DNA of 64,000 bases, taken from Lingula anatina. Taxonomy: Eukaryota > Animalia > Brachiopoda. The notes beneath the pieces are model-generated. The model did not search any database and was not told the DNA's origin. It saw only the letters and a list, made by a program, of their open reading frames with translations. Numbering within the stretch: position 1 is the stretch's first letter; each line of letters begins with the position of its first letter. This document shows positions 12,974 through 47,448 of the stretch, one piece after another. The translations under genes and the position numbers were made by a program. The stretch covers positions 14,012,001 to 14,076,000 of the forward strand of contig CM120646.1 in assembly GCA_051362555.1 (NCBI GenBank), written 5' to 3'.

Positions 12974-15741
12974 ATGGCTCCAAAAAAGAAGGAAACAGCA
13001 CACGTGCAACAAGATTTAGCCTTAGATTCCGATCAACAGAAAGTGTTTCAAGAAAAGGTTAAAGAACTCAAAGCTAAGGTGAGTTTGGGAAACATGCGTG
13101 TCGTTACTTCAATTTATCTGCACGTATTTTATACAAATGTTCATTGAACGTGTACTAGGAGTAGTAGCACTACTACTGCTGTGTTTCACGTTTGTCTCCG
13201 CACTTGCTGCTACAAGTACAACCGGTACAGATCAAGTCCAGTGATAAGGAATAAGAAAATAACAAAAATAAAAAAATATAATCTGAGGGCCAGTCCTTTT
13301 TTTTTTTTTTTTTTTTTTGTTAACTCCTTAGATTGGTTTTCCCGATACTATATTAATATATTAATATACTATTAAACTTTTAAATTAAAAGTTGTATCAC
13401 AAACTGAAAAATATTATACATGAAATTCTCAAACGCAAGCCTCAATTTTTTTTCATACCGTTAGCTTACAAGCTTAAATTGAGGCTTGTGTTTGAGAATT
13501 CCATGTATATCCAACAACCAAGCTAATGAACATTTTTGCTCATGAAAAATATTATTTTATTGAGTCTTATATACAGCGTCTTTTCTCTAGACTAAGCATG
13601 GGCTGTCCCAGCCTGGCGTGGTATATGTGGGTCACATACCCAGAGGATTCTTTGAACACCAAATGAAGTCATATTTCTCACAGTTTGGAAAAGTTAAAAG
13701 GATCAAGCTATCCAGAAGCAAAAAGGTTTGAGAAGCAAATGTTATATGATGTATTAGTTGTCAGTTTGATATTTATACTCCCCCTGCAAATGACTTGTTA
13801 TTTCATGGGCCAGCATTTGGGCAGTGAAGAGATCAGTTAATTGATAACTTAGTCATGCACATTGAAGGGAAAATCATTTTTGTCTTAGGTTGAAGCATTT
13901 GCCAATTAACTCAACTGAACATGGGTAAAATCCTATTGGAGTTGTGTGTTACAGAGACAATGTATAGACAATTATTGCTTATTAATTGCAGCATGGTTTT
14001 CAAAGACAAATTCCAGTTTTCTCTAAGTTTGGCTTTTGATCTGTGTCATTTTGTGAAATAGGTTTTTAACTTTGTGATTTTCTTTTTTGTAGACTGGTAG
14101 ACCCAAAGGCTATGCCTTCATAGAGTTTGAGAGTGAAGAGGTGGCTAAAATTGTGGCCGACTCCATGAACAACTATCTCATGTTCCACAGGCTACTGAAA
14201 TGTAAGTACATGGGCAACAGTTTTTAGGATTATGCCTGATTTCAAGATTTTCAGTCTTCATTCTGATAGTTTTTATCATATGGCCTAATTGCAATGAAAA
14301 ATTGTAATCTATGAATTCAGGCTTTTCAGTTTTTACAAGTTACACACATGAAAATAGGGGACATTAGCTTAATGGTGATCAGAATTGTTTGCTGTTTTCA
14401 AAAATAAAATTATAAAACATGGCACTATCTGTACACTTTTGAAAAAAACTTATTTAATTTGTCTAGTAAAATTTGCATCACATTGAATTAATTTTTTATG
14501 TGCATTAATACATATTCACAGACAGCAATTAGAAATTCAATAAGTGTAGATTTTTGTAAATTGACAAAATTTTTTTCACTTGTTTTGAGAAAAGTACTTG
14601 TTTAATAGAAAACAATATGGAATTTTTAAATGATTGACAATATGATAATATTTATTTATCATTTGTTGTATTTTACATGGTTGCTCATTTCTCAAGTATG
14701 TGTTAACAGGTAAATTTTGTCCTTCGGAAGATGTTCATCCAGACACCTTCGTAGGCAGTGGCAGAATGTTCAAGCGCCCTAAGGCACATGCCATAGTCAG
14801 AGATCGCCACAACAAACTGCCAACTCCCAAGCAGAGATTGCGTGCCATCAAAAAACTTAACACAAGGACCAACAAAAAGCTTGCCAAGTTAGCAGCAATG
14901 GGGATTGACTATAGCTTTGAGGGACTGGTGAGTTTGGAATATGAATAATGATAACAATTTTCTTTCTTAAAATTGTGCTACACAAACATCTCAGCATTAT
15001 TTACCAATTTAATGAATGCTTGATGAAGATTTTTCTTCCTTTTTAATTCAGTTGACCAAAGTCAGTTGACAAAATGAGAACCATACTAAAGTTCATTTCA
15101 GCAACGAGATATTTGGGACATTTTATTTTTGTAGGGAAACAAATACAGCATATTTAAAACTGATGTGTTTTTTTTTTGTTAAACCAAAATTATGATTAAC
15201 CTTTTCAGTAAACATGCCTACAGATTTCATCTTTATTCAGGATATTGTAATTGTTTATTCTGAACCACTTGAAATATGTAAAGTTGTTTATTTGTTTCTG
15301 CTTTAGTACAAAGAAAAAAAGAAGGTTGGTTGGATCAACCCACACCAAGATTCTGTACATATTTTAGAAGAAGATAGCAGTGAGGATGAGATCACATTTA
15401 TTACACCCCCTAAGACTGTGCGCTCTTCGGCAGTTGGAGCCACCCCAGGGAAAACTCCTAAAACCCCCAAATCAAGAACTGCCACTCCAGATAGCACTGG
15501 AATAAAATCCACCAAGTTGTCTGGTAAAGGTAATACTACTAAAAACTCAGTCTCTAAAAATAAAACGAAGAAGACTAAAGCAACTAGGCCTCTTTTGACT
15601 TCATCTGAAGTTGAGAAGACAGTACAGAAATTGACTTCTGCGTCAAGTGGAGGTTTGAAAAAGAGGAAAAAGGAGGTGTTGGAAAATCAAACTGGATCTG
15701 CTAGAAAGGTGCAGAAAGTAAAGAAAAACTCAATGAAGTGA
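12974..15741 (+). CDS. NIFK: MKI67 FHA domain-interacting nucleolar phosphoprotein (Nop15 homolog, RRM)
   Basis: Exons 12974-13078, 13591-13725 ([37 protein letters not shown]), 14093-14201 ([31 protein letters not shown]), 14710-14927, 15307-15741 (TP-rich, basic tail). All introns GT-AG. Confidence 0.9.
13415..13509. repeat. Hairpin / tiny MITE in NIFK intron 1
   Basis: TATACATGAAATTCTCAAACGCAAGCCTCAATTT ... AAATTGAGGCTTGTGTTTGAGAATTCCATGTATA; ~34-bp arms with two differences. Confidence 0.8.
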
Positions 15742-18398
15742 GAACTTATGGGATGTGTTATACTGGTCAGTTGGTAAATAATTGGAGTGACATCAAAAAT
15801 CAATGAGTCATGCTTTTGCAGAGCGATTTGAAAAGTAGTGGCATACATATTTATTTACCAAAGTCGGAATGTATTTTTAAAAAATGTAACTAAAGTGTTA
15901 TTGGAATTGAATGAATTTCAACTGGAATAATACTTTTGAAGACACAGGAAGGAGGAGGGGGCAGCTGGATACTGGTGCACTAACTGAAAGTAGAATGGAA
16001 TGACTAGCTTCTAAACTCTTTCAGTGCTGAGGACGTATTTTGGTTCAGAATTGAATGCAGATCACTGTTACCATGTTATGTAGCATAATGAAGAAAATAT
16101 GATTATTAATTATAATAAATGTCATTCATCAGTTTAGTGTCTTCATAGTTGTCTTTCTGTCATTGTTTGGGATGGTTAGAACAGTATCTTGGGATTTTTT
16201 TCAGTAACTGGTGCATTGCATCAGATTGTTAAGCGATTTATCTTTGAAAATTTACAAATTGAGCTAATTACACATTTTTGTTTTAAAGAAAAGTACAATA
16301 AAAGCCTTAGTTATATTTTTATGTTGTCTCAATCAATACTTTATTAAGATACTGTGTACATAATAACCATTTCTTATTTATGTGCAGTAAAGTCAAAGGC
16401 AATGCATAATACACATAACTAACCAGTTTTGGGAAATATGAAATTTATCCTAAATACTACCATTCTATTTTGACCTGGATCTATTTTTAAAAAAATAAAT
16501 AATAACTGTAACATCAAGCACATAAACATTTCTGGATGTCCTAAATCTGCTGTTAAACTGATGAAGAGAAAAAAAATCTCACAAATCTGGGTATAGGCTA
16601 AATTGCTGTTAAATTGGTAAAAATGTGAATTTTTATTATAACCTGAAACTTATCATTTTATACACATAACCATGCTGCTGTGCATAACAAACCAAGCTAA
16701 AAAGTATCCCCTTACCTTTACCAAAGGTATTAATATTAGTTTACTTGGCTACTGAAAATGAAGTAGATATCAAACAAAAAATGAAGTACAATAATATGTA
16801 TTAAATCATTTTGTACATCACTCTTATTTTTCATCATTCCATAATGCACACCATACAACCCACTCACACCAATATATCCTCAATGATTCTTTGGAGTTAC
16901 CAAAGTCATTGGTAGAAACTCTAAATATTATGAAATCCATTTACAAAAAGAAGGATTTAAATATTGATATTTCTTTACTGCGAAATGTTCTTAAAATGTG
17001 AACCCAAGACATTCATATTTTAGAGCTATGATAACAAAATTGCAAGAAAAGTAGCACAATCAAATAGCTTGTATTTTTATCTCTCACAGCAGTCTTTCAA
17101 AATAAATATTAATAATTTAAATTTAATATATGCCAAACAGAAAAATGGACAGTGGACATGCTCTACAGAAAACGCCAACACTGATCAGTGACATCACTGC
17201 AATGATACAGCTTCTCATTTGTGCAATGCCAATGCAAGGAAGCATGTTTACATCACTGAAATACAATACCAAGGGTAAATATAATATATTGTGACTGGGA
17301 TGAATAAAATTCTGAAATGATCACAAGATTTCTCCTTAATTTTACTATTACATAAAATGCCAGTAACAAGCAAGGTGATCAATATGTTAAAAAATTGCAA
17401 AATGATGTACAGTTTGAATTTGCTACGTATTATAATAATCATGTATACAAGACCTTTTTGTCATTCGCAATGTGAAGTATTTGGTAAAAAGATCATGTAT
17501 TTAATATTGATTAAACTGGAGAAAGCCTTGCAAATGTGCAACTGAAATATTAGAAAATACAACAAAAACCAAATAAAACCAGCTGTATTTCAATACAGTG
17601 TGCATAGTTTTACTTTAAAAAACAAACAGTTTGCAAAAACTTTTTAAAAAATTAACAAAAAATAAAAGAAAAGAGGATATGGTTTCGAGGCAGTGTTCTT
17701 GTACACACATCTGTTACTTGAGGCTAGACCTCAAGTGTGCCACTCTTATCAAAATTCTTAAAATTGTAGGATAAGAAATGAGGTGCAGGTCTTCCCACCG
17801 TCTCCTCCAAAACAACTCACATCACAATTCTTCTAAAAGTCAATGTGTCTGATCATAACTTTTATCATTTCTTCAACTTCAGCTATAATCCTATCCACAT
17901 CTTCTAATGTTGTTCATATGTATGTCTTTCATGCAAAATAACATGAACGACAAAAATTTACAATTATGGGTATGATTTGATAATCATCACTTGTTTCTCA
18001 AGAGAGAATCTGTTTCTAAATCTGGGTAAAAACATCACACACACGAAAATGACAAAGCAACTTCCATGGAGAATTTCTAAATTCCTCTTCTTTGCAACTT
18101 GCTGTCAGTATGTATCACACTTCTGGGGCTAAGAATGCTACTTTGACTGGACATTAGTCTGTGACACTTAGATAATGAAATCTTGAAGACTCGTCCAGGC
18201 AAACTGAGAAGCAAAATTCCACAAATGCTTGGTCTTGAAGGACTGAACTTAATATAAGCTCAAAAGTGCAGCTCAAAAGTAATACACTGGTTTGACAAAA
18301 AAATACACAAGTCCATCCCTGGCATTTCACTACATTTTGGCAGTATATTTCACATAGCATGACTTGAAATCCTAATATACAACTTTATAATTGTAATT

Positions 18399-21300
18399 TT
18401 ACATGGGTCCCATGGTTGGCACTTGAATTCCAAAGTTTTGGGCTACTTTTGACTGTGCCATTGCAGCATCCAATAGAGAAAACAGGTGAGCCATCTCCAT
18501 TTCTGTCTTTGCTAGGCTTATTGCCTTGTTAAACAGGTCTATTGCATTTGTAAGGTTACCCCTGTAAAATAATGGACAACATGCATTACCAAACTTCAAA
18601 CACAAAATACTTGCATACCTAATGACACCTCAAATGATAAAATTACTAAAAATACTAACAAACACATGAATGTATATATGACAAATAAACATTTTAGATT
18701 AAATAACCTAAACTTGTTTATGATTAGTAAACTAGATCAAATGTCTTTGTTCCAAATCTGTATACTGTAATATACTGTGTGGACACCTACCTCTGGACTT
18801 CTATGGTTCCCAGTGTTTCGTATGCAAACTCACACTTATCATCTACCTCTAAGGCTTTTTTAATCATACTACAGGCTTCCTCCATATTCTGCTTCCATTG
18901 TAACCTTAGCAACCTGAAATAAACACAGGTATATTAAGTATATATAGCCCTGTACAGTGTTTCTGTGCATTTGAAAACTCCCCTCCCCCTCAAAAATGGA
19001 GACACGTTGTATTTCTATATCATGCAATTGTTTTATCAAATCCAAATTTATAACAATACGTTATATTCCTAACAAGCAGACAGATGCTGTGCGATAACTT
19101 CACTAGGCCAAACCCATCCAACCAGACCTTGTTACATCTGGAATTTCTCCCTACCAACTATGTTCACTTTTAAAATTCAAAATTTTATAGATGGTAATAA
19201 ATGAATCCTTCAGCTAAACACTTGTATATATAGAAGAACCTGTCACTCACCCTCTGTGTACATAAACATTTGCATTATCTGGTTCTATTTTGATGGCTTT
19301 CTTGAACTGGTCATCTGCCTGGTCAAATTGCTGCTGGTCACACAGGGCCTGGAAGGACAACAGAATGTAGACACCACGATATGCAGCGCTGGTTTTGTTG
19401 CAATTATCAACATTACAACAATGATGTATCAACAGACATCATTGTATTTTTACGGCAACAAAGACATGTCAGCATTGAACTGTTACTTGAATGTGGATAT
19501 ATATATATGCATTGCTAGTTAATAACTTTCTGAAGACATTAGTACATCATATAAACATGTCCATATGGGTAGTGGGAGACAGGCCGGGAAGAAATACATG
19601 CATACTGGTCTGTTAACATAAAAATAAGTTTGACCAAGTAGTGTCCCATATCATATTGAGCCTGTTAAAATTTTTTTCAAAAAATGGCCAATGGTTTTGA
19701 CTGACAGTTACTTCAATCTAAGGGACTTATGCAGATGCAAGACCTAAATGTTCTGTCTGCAACCCAATACCTATAGGAGAGGCGTTTTCATACTGACCTG
19801 GCCATATAAAGCAAAGGCTTCAGCGCAGTCGGGAAACCTCTTCAGGAGATCCTCAAATGACCTGACAGAGCTTTGCAGCTGCATGGGACTACGCTGGTCA
19901 AAGGCATGTCTGTATTCTACAATAAAACAAATCATATCATAATACAAGGCAGCATATTAAATTACACCGGTTGACATTTTCACAAATCCGAGCATGTCTT
20001 TAATTGAAAACTTGGGAAATGCAAGGATTACAGATGGAAGAGGTAAAAGAAGTAAAAAGGGGGTCCTGGCACATACCTGCGTAACATTTCTGAGCATGTG
20101 CAACAGCAAACTCTGGGTTAAGGGCCACACACTTGTCAAAATCTCTAAGTGCATCATCCATACGATCTAACAGAAGATTCAGCTGAAATAGATCACAAAA
20201 TATCAAAACTTAACGAGGGCTTGTAAAAACCACAACTGTCTCAATCTATTTTAGGAATAAAGCATTATTATTTTTTAAATGAATTTAAACAGTCTGACTT
20301 TGACAAGATGAAAGTGGACTTCATAAATAGCTTTGGAAAAGGTGTACAGTTCCATATGGGGGTCTGGAGGGTATAAATAGAACACTTAAATATCATTTTT
20401 TTCTTATTAATCGGGGCAACCTTTATCTCCACACTAACCTGCCCTCTGTGATGATATATGTCCGAGTTTTCAGGATCCACCCTCACCGCAGTCGCCATGT
20501 CATCCAGCGCCTCCGTCTGCTCCCCTAGCTGAAGTTTCAGACTACCCCTCTTGATCAGAGCATTAGACTTTATCTGAAATAACAAATCACATGAAAAAAA
20601 TTATTAACCGTCAAAAGGAACAATTCTACAGTTTGGCTAGGCGATGGGTTATACACTTCCAAATATGGACATTTTCAGTAGAAAGTGGAAATTAATTAAA
20701 CGGATATTAATTAAGGACGTAAACACTTTGTCCACAATTATAGACAATTTCCTCATTCTTTTTTCAAAGAAATTAAAAAAAATATAGGAAAACCTGAACA
20801 GAATCATATACCCATGTATAGAACATTACCTTTTTATCAACATCCTCAAGGCCTATGACCTGGTTTAAATCATCAATGGCTTTTGTCCCTCGTCCAGCCA
20901 GCAGATAAAATGTTGCCCGCAGCAGGAGGGCTTCAGATAAATACTTGGATGTGGAATTGCTGATCTCCTGGGTGCACAGCTCTATCACATTATCATATTC
21001 TTTCTTGGCTAACTGTTTCTTGGCTTTCAGGAATGGACTAGAAGACAAAGTAGGGAAGGATTCAGCATTTTGTAGACAAAACACTTCATAAATTTAGCAT
21101 TTTTGATAGGTGAAGGTGGATCACGAAATGTGCTCAATTCTCCACAATTATTTGAACTAGCACAATATTTACTCATAAGTAGTTAAATCTTCCTACTTTC
21201 TTTTATCATAAGTGAGTCCGAAAATTAATTTTTTCTGCTATCTTTAGTTATAAAGGAGTCCTAAATTTTCAACCAAAGTCTGACACGCTCAAGCTATGCT

Positions 21301-24300
21301 GAACAAAGAAATCCGACTTCCAACCCACCTGATTTGAGACCTGGATTTCCCTGGAAGCCCGTCCTTCATTTCTTTTTCTGGTGACTCATCCTGGTACTTC
21401 TCAGCCTCACTTTCAGCCTCAACGGTTTCAGGGCTCTCTTCATTCACCTCATTAAGGTTACTTATGATTGGATCATTAGCAAATGCAGAGAAATATGTCC
21501 TAAGGAAACTATGTGAGGGTGTCGTCTCTTTACGATTCTGAAAAATAATTTTGATACTAAACTCAGTTACTGAAAGAAGTAATTTTTGCCTATAAATAAA
21601 AAATTCATCTAACAAACTCTTCACAAACTAAGTTAAACAAAAAATTTAATTTCCACTTTCAGTATATTTCCATCATTCTTTTGAAACAGCCCACTCAGAC
21701 AGTATAATATGATTTAAAGAGTTAGTTGAAATCTCACAAAGAAACTTGTTGCAGCTAAAATGCAACCATACCTTGTATGCTTCTTTAGCTTTGGATTTGC
21801 CCAAATCTTTTAATACTCTATCTGCCATCATTAAACTCTGCTGATTCTGAAAACCTTCTAATATACATACAGCAGTCACATCTGGAAGAAACCAAGAAAA
21901 CCAAACTTACAGGATTAATAAACCAACAGTAATTCATTATCTCTTCAGAAAGAAAGGCCAAGCAATACGAGGACAATGTAATAAAGAAGAAAGAAACTGG
22001 AAATGATAATATCTTTACTAGGAGCTGCTAAAATTTGACAAAAATCTGTTTGCAAAAGTTGGGATAAGAGAGATGACATGTTCCAACATTGCCAGAGTTG
22101 AGATTACATATTTCAACATTGTAAAGGACAGACAGTCTCTTCTCTTAGGCCAACCTTGCACCCCTTCTGTTAATTACACATCTACTTAGCCAAGCACACT
22201 TGAGTAGAAAACATTTTTGCAGTACAGTAGACAAGTGCGTAAGTGGGGAGTTTTAAGATGGTACATTTAGAGGACACAAACTTATTTGAACCATTATGTC
22301 CAACGCTATCTCTAATCTCCGAAATTATCTCCGTCTACATCAAGTCAAATTACTTCAATACAGAATAAAGAGATGAGTACAAATATCATCGTCTCCTCTT
22401 GTTCCAAAATCTCCAACAGCAAATTTCACGGCTTCTCGTAGAGTCACCTGTCACAAACATTGCAGTAGTTGAGATAGCACACCTGAACATTTTAGTAGTT
22501 CAGGTAAAACAGACACAATATTCCAATTGTTTATATATAATAATTTACCTTCTAGGCACTGCTGCAGATCCCCTATATGCTCACATGCCTTAGCTCTCCT
22601 AAACATTGCCTTGGTGTATCTGGTATTGAACTCTAGAGCCTTGGAGCAGTCAGCTATCACCTCTGTGAAATTTTTCTAATAAAAAGAAAGAGTATATTCC
22701 AAAAGTTCCCCAATAACACCAATTGCAGCTCTGCTTGTAGAACATTCATACACATAAAAGTATTTAATATGGGAAAAGTTTAATTTTTTTTTTACGCTTA
22801 TGTCTCATGGACTTTTATAAAGCCATGCTTAAATTTCCAATTCAAAATTTGTCCCACTGCATAAACTAAGTGAACGTGCACGTTTTTGAGAGTGCATGTG
22901 TTGACTGTTATGTAATTTTGCATGCATTCTAACTTTTTAAAACTTAATTCTGTTGTATGTATTTGTGGAAGGTACAAATATGATTTGATATAAATTTTTG
23001 GCTACATACATAAACATACATATCGCAGACTTACCAACTGTTCATGTGCTGCAGCTCTGTTTTGGTAGAAAGTGGAAATATCCTGTTTATTTTCAGGAGG
23101 ACATATTCTAGGATATAAAAAATAATTCACGTCCATAATTACACGTATATACATGTGTATACAGTATACCAACTTCTGCTTTATTAGACATGTTAATGAA
23201 AAGAATATGGGGTGCAGTCTTAAAGAACTTGCTCATTATTATTATCGAAGAGCTTCTTACAAAGAATGGAGTATATAGTCCATTTATGTGTTTATTTATT
23301 TGTCTTTTATCGCCAAAGCCCTTGAAAATCTACAAAAACCCATCAAGGTATACTAACTTGATAGCTTCTGTATAACACTGGATTGCTTGGTCATATTTTC
23401 CACCTTTGAACCACTTGTTTCCTTTGTTTTTGGCAGCCTGGGCTTGTTCTACTGGTGTCTATAAAAGAAAACAAGTGTTAAAAAATGTTAAAAGAGATTC
23501 ATACCATAATTTACAAGGAAATATGGGGCATTTATACAAATATCTCTTGCTAACAGTAGATGACTGGCAGCACTTTTTACATAAGCTTTAATTTTCACAA
23601 GGTAGCACTCCTATTTATCGTCTCTGATATGTAATATTTGTGCTCATAACTGGTGCACATAACAGTATAATGACAACCAGCTAGAGTTTCGACTGCAACA
23701 CCATATGAAACTTTGAATTAAAGTTCAAGATGTATTTAAAATCTTACAAAGGCAGCAAATGCTAGTCCCATGACTAGATAATTTAAGAAAAAATATATTT
23801 AAAAAAAAGAGAGGTGGATTAATGACAACTTAGGCAAAAACAGTTAGCTAGTAAACATTTTCCGTAGCCAATAATACATGTGGCACTTAATTTCTCTTTG
23901 CTAAATTTCATTTACTAAAGTCAAGTACAACCGGTGTATACAACTAGACGAAAATTTTATCAACTCAGTCAGTCACTCACTAATAACATTGGTGTTTATT
24001 ACGGCATACCAATATCAATTTCATCAAATTAATATAAATTAGAAATCACTAAATAACATTCATGCTGAAACAATTTCCAGTTTATAGTGGGGCTTTTAAT
24101 CGCTGTATGAGTGCAAATGCTTTGCAATCAGACCTGTGGCTCTGCTGCCTTCGCCTCCGGTTGCTCTTCTTTCTTTTCTCCTGATTCAATATCTTTCTTT
24201 TTAGTCTCCAGATTACTCGATTTGACTCTGTTATAGTACCACAATCCTGCAAGACCAAGGGCAATAGGAGCGCCTACTGCAAGTGCAATTTTCCACTTCT

Positions 24301-24334
24301 CCCATCCCTCAGTCACGTTTTCTTTAGAAGCCAT
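18399..24334 (-). CDS. TOMM70: Mitochondrial import receptor subunit TOM70 (TPR protein)
   Basis: About 13 exons, from 24134-24334 (N-terminal anchor WKIALAVGAPIALGLAGLWYY) through KNKGNKWFKGGKYDQAIQCYTEAI, FYQNRAAAHEQL, DCSKALE..KAMFRRAKACE, VTAVCILEGFQNQ and DIYHHRGQ, to 18399-18560 (AKTEMEMAHLFSLLDAAMAQ). Confidence 0.93.
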
Positions 24335-24625
24335 CTTTACAATACGAGAAAGGACGAGATTAGCAATGAACTTTGACCGTTATTTGACCTAGTAATGGAA
24401 TTTAAATTCACACGCTTTTTCTACTTTATTGCATGAACGGAGTAATGCATCTACAGAACTTTTTCAACAAAAGCCCAAAAATTACACTTTCCTGACACCA
24501 GATATAGTCAGAAATTACAATTAAGTGACATTTGACGCTGTACGAATATCTGGGACAAAGGTGAACAATTTGATTGGCAGGTCACGTGGTAAAGCGGCTA
24601 AACTTGCGAAAGCCCTCCTATCAAG
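24335..24625. promoter_or_regulatory. Bidirectional promoter TOMM70 / Na,K-ATPase alpha
   Basis: 291 bp between divergent ATGs. Contains a reverse CCAAT (GATTGG, ~24572), an E-box GTCACGTGGT (24581-24590) and a nuclear-receptor-like TGAACTTTGACC (~24367). Confidence 0.65.
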
Positions 24626-44454
<19,829 letters not shown>

Positions 44455-45078
44455 AACGGAGACGCAACGTTCAGAGTGCACAGTACACACCAAGAGCTAC
44501 TTACACTAACAATTATTATAGTATAATAGACTGCAGAAATACAATTTCCTCCAATCAAGGGGAGGATGATACTACACCAGATTTGGATTTGAATTTACAT
44601 AGTAATGGCTATAAACAGTTACTGTCAGAGATTGCCAGGTGTCCTATACCCTGTGTAGACAAAGTCATCTCTCACATTGGAGCACACCTGTCTGATTTCT
44701 GCTGGGCTTTTGCAGCCTCCATGTGGTGGGTCTTAGCCAGTGTCTCTAGACGGCTGCTCTCCAGTGTTAGAGAACAGTATGCACATGTCAGGAAAATCGT
44801 TCATCGGTACCTTTACTTGATTGCAATTACACTGTTAACATCTCTGGTTCATTTGGCTACCTTCTTCAATTTTCACAGTTTACCTATTCTGCAGTTAAGT
44901 CCCATGTATTTTCTGAATTCAACTTTTTCTTATTTTCTGAATCTAACTTTTTCTAAGGTTTCTGTTCACATGAAGAATTTCCAGTACGATAATGTTCTTC
45001 CTCTTGTTTCTTCTTTGTGCGACCATTATATCCACTGTATTTTGATTGGCCGCTTTGACAAAGTGTCCTAACCTTTGA

Positions 45079-45262
45079 GCCCTTGGCAGACGAGGAACAC
45101 ATCAGTCCCACAGATGACATGGTTTTAATGCACTGTTGACGATCTACTTAGACTTAAGAGTGCACAACTGTGAGCTCATGTTGAACTGTCATTCTCACGG
45201 TGACATCTATATTTCATTCAAGACGTCAATTGGACTGAGTACTACCTCTGTCTGCCAAGGGC
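45079..45262 (+). other. Branched stem-loop in ATP1A 3' UTR
   Basis: GCCCTTGGCAGAC (45079-45091) is perfectly complementary to GTCTGCCAAGGGC (45250-45262), with additional nested helices. Confidence 0.6.
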
Positions 45263-47400
45263 ATGACCCCGTGTGTTGTTGTTGTAGACATTATTAGACA
45301 TTATAGGACCATACTAATCCTCTCGAATGAATGTCTACTCTGTACTGAATAGAAGTAGGAATAACAACTAAGTTTGTTCACTGTCTGTTAATCAAATATG
45401 AGCCGTGCTGATGAAAGGCAGATTGTGTGTTGTGATGCATTTAAGTCTCTTTTGTTAATGATATTCACTTATATGAACTTATAAAGCTCTTGCACACCAG
45501 AGATCACAAGTAGAACAGCTGTTTAGAGTAAGAGAAGTGAATTAATGACTATCTTGAGGATTGAATAGGAGGAAAGTGCTCTGTGTATTACTCTTTTTCT
45601 CCCCGGTGTGATTTGGACTTATTTGATAGAATAGTTAATTACAAAATTATACATTGATTTGCCAGAGTTGAAATGGAATTATAAAATAGGGTTGAGTACA
45701 AGGAGATGTTGTTAGCCGGATGGATTTGTTTTATGAGAAAGAGAAGACCATTCTAACTCTTCCAAGCATAAACAGCCACAAGGGCCCAAATTGCCAAAAC
45801 ATGTAGCCATTAAATGAACAATCCACACGTTTAACTGACAAGATTAGGAAATCATCTGTTGGATGTGCTTTTAAGGTGCCCAACCCAGTTCACTCTTTGC
45901 TAAACTGACATTTGTGAGGCTTCCTCATCAAGTGTGGTATGGCGTCTATTTGACTGTAAATTCCCTCGATGCTGCTTGTACTGCAGGGTTTGGAGAATTT
46001 GCAACTGTTGTCCATTTCTAATGTGGAATCTGATTTACTTGTTTTGTGTACAGGGAACTTGAAAAGTCTGTGCATCATTGAAAGGAATGAGTGTTAAAAT
46101 GTTGTGGACACGCACACAGAAAATTGGAACTGGCTTAGCTCCGGTTTGCTTTTTAGACATTCTATCAATGCAACGTTGTAATCTGAGTGGTGATGATGCA
46201 AAGACTTTTGGAGACCCTGTTCATTTGCAGGTTTTGTGAAGTTTGTAGATATGGTTTATATTCATGTTATGGTCCTACTTTTTGGATGTAATTGTTTGAT
46301 GAAGGTTATTATTTAAGATGTATTTCAATGTTGCAATGTTTTACTAGTTATTTCCTTGCCAATGGCGTTGAGTCAGACATATTTGTGAGATCCATTTTAC
46401 ATATTATGGATAGGCCAATAAGGGATCTTTTTTTTGGAAGTTTTCCTGTTTGAAAGCTGTGGCCCATTGTGCATATGAATGTATTAAATATTAACCATAA
46501 TTATACTCAACCATGATTATACTAATGGTGCACCCCTCAAGTGTTGAAATGGACTCTTCTTTGTTCCATGGATTAATGGCAAGACGTAGTCCTTTGACAT
46601 AAAGAAGGGAATGGTTGCCCAGTAATGGAAGTGATAGCAGAGATTATATCCATTTCGACTAATCAACAGTTATACATTTGTAGTTCTAACAGCCTGGCAT
46701 TGTTACTTGCATTTATGATGTACATGTATGTATTTCGTGACAGAATTAGAGATGATTAAATTTTCTTTTCACCCAAATCTTTGGTTGTTGTTTGTTTTGA
46801 AATCCCACTGAAGGTGGTTGAGCTTTACTTTATCCAAATATTGATATTGACAAATGAAAAAGCAAGCTGCTCTGTAGTTCTGTTCGGTAAAGCAAAAGCA
46901 CTCCAAATGCTACAAAGAAAAATAATTTTTGTGACTATAAAATTACGTATCTTAATTACTATGCAGACAATTGATGCCCATGCAGTCATTTTCGTGGTTG
47001 TGGACATCTTAAATTTCAGATGGATATGTTATTGTTAAAGGGCAGTGGCAAGTATCAGGAAGCAAGTTTGAGATTTTTGTTTAAAGGTGCAGGGATATGG
47101 GAAGTATCAAAATGATGCAAGATGTGTTGTTGATGATTATAACACAAACGTGCCAAGTGAAAAACCTTTAAAGGTCTTTAATTGTGAAAAAGAAATTTGA
47201 GGTCACGCATGCAGGCTTAAAAATGCGAAAAATGTGACGAAGGAGTAGGTGGGGACCATTAAGAATTTGCCTAGAAGATATTTATGTATTTAAAATTAAG
47301 GAATTGAAATTCCATTTTGATGATAAAGGAAACCACTCTTGATTTAATGACTTCACAAAATGTTTCTGGTTTATAGGAAATGATTTATTCAATATTTATT

Positions 47401-47402
47401 TA

Positions 47403-47446
<44 letters not shown>
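47401..47446 (+). repeat. (AAT)n microsatellite
   Basis: About 14 AAT units between the ATP1A and AOX 3' ends. Confidence 0.9.
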
Positions 47447-47448
<2 letters not shown>

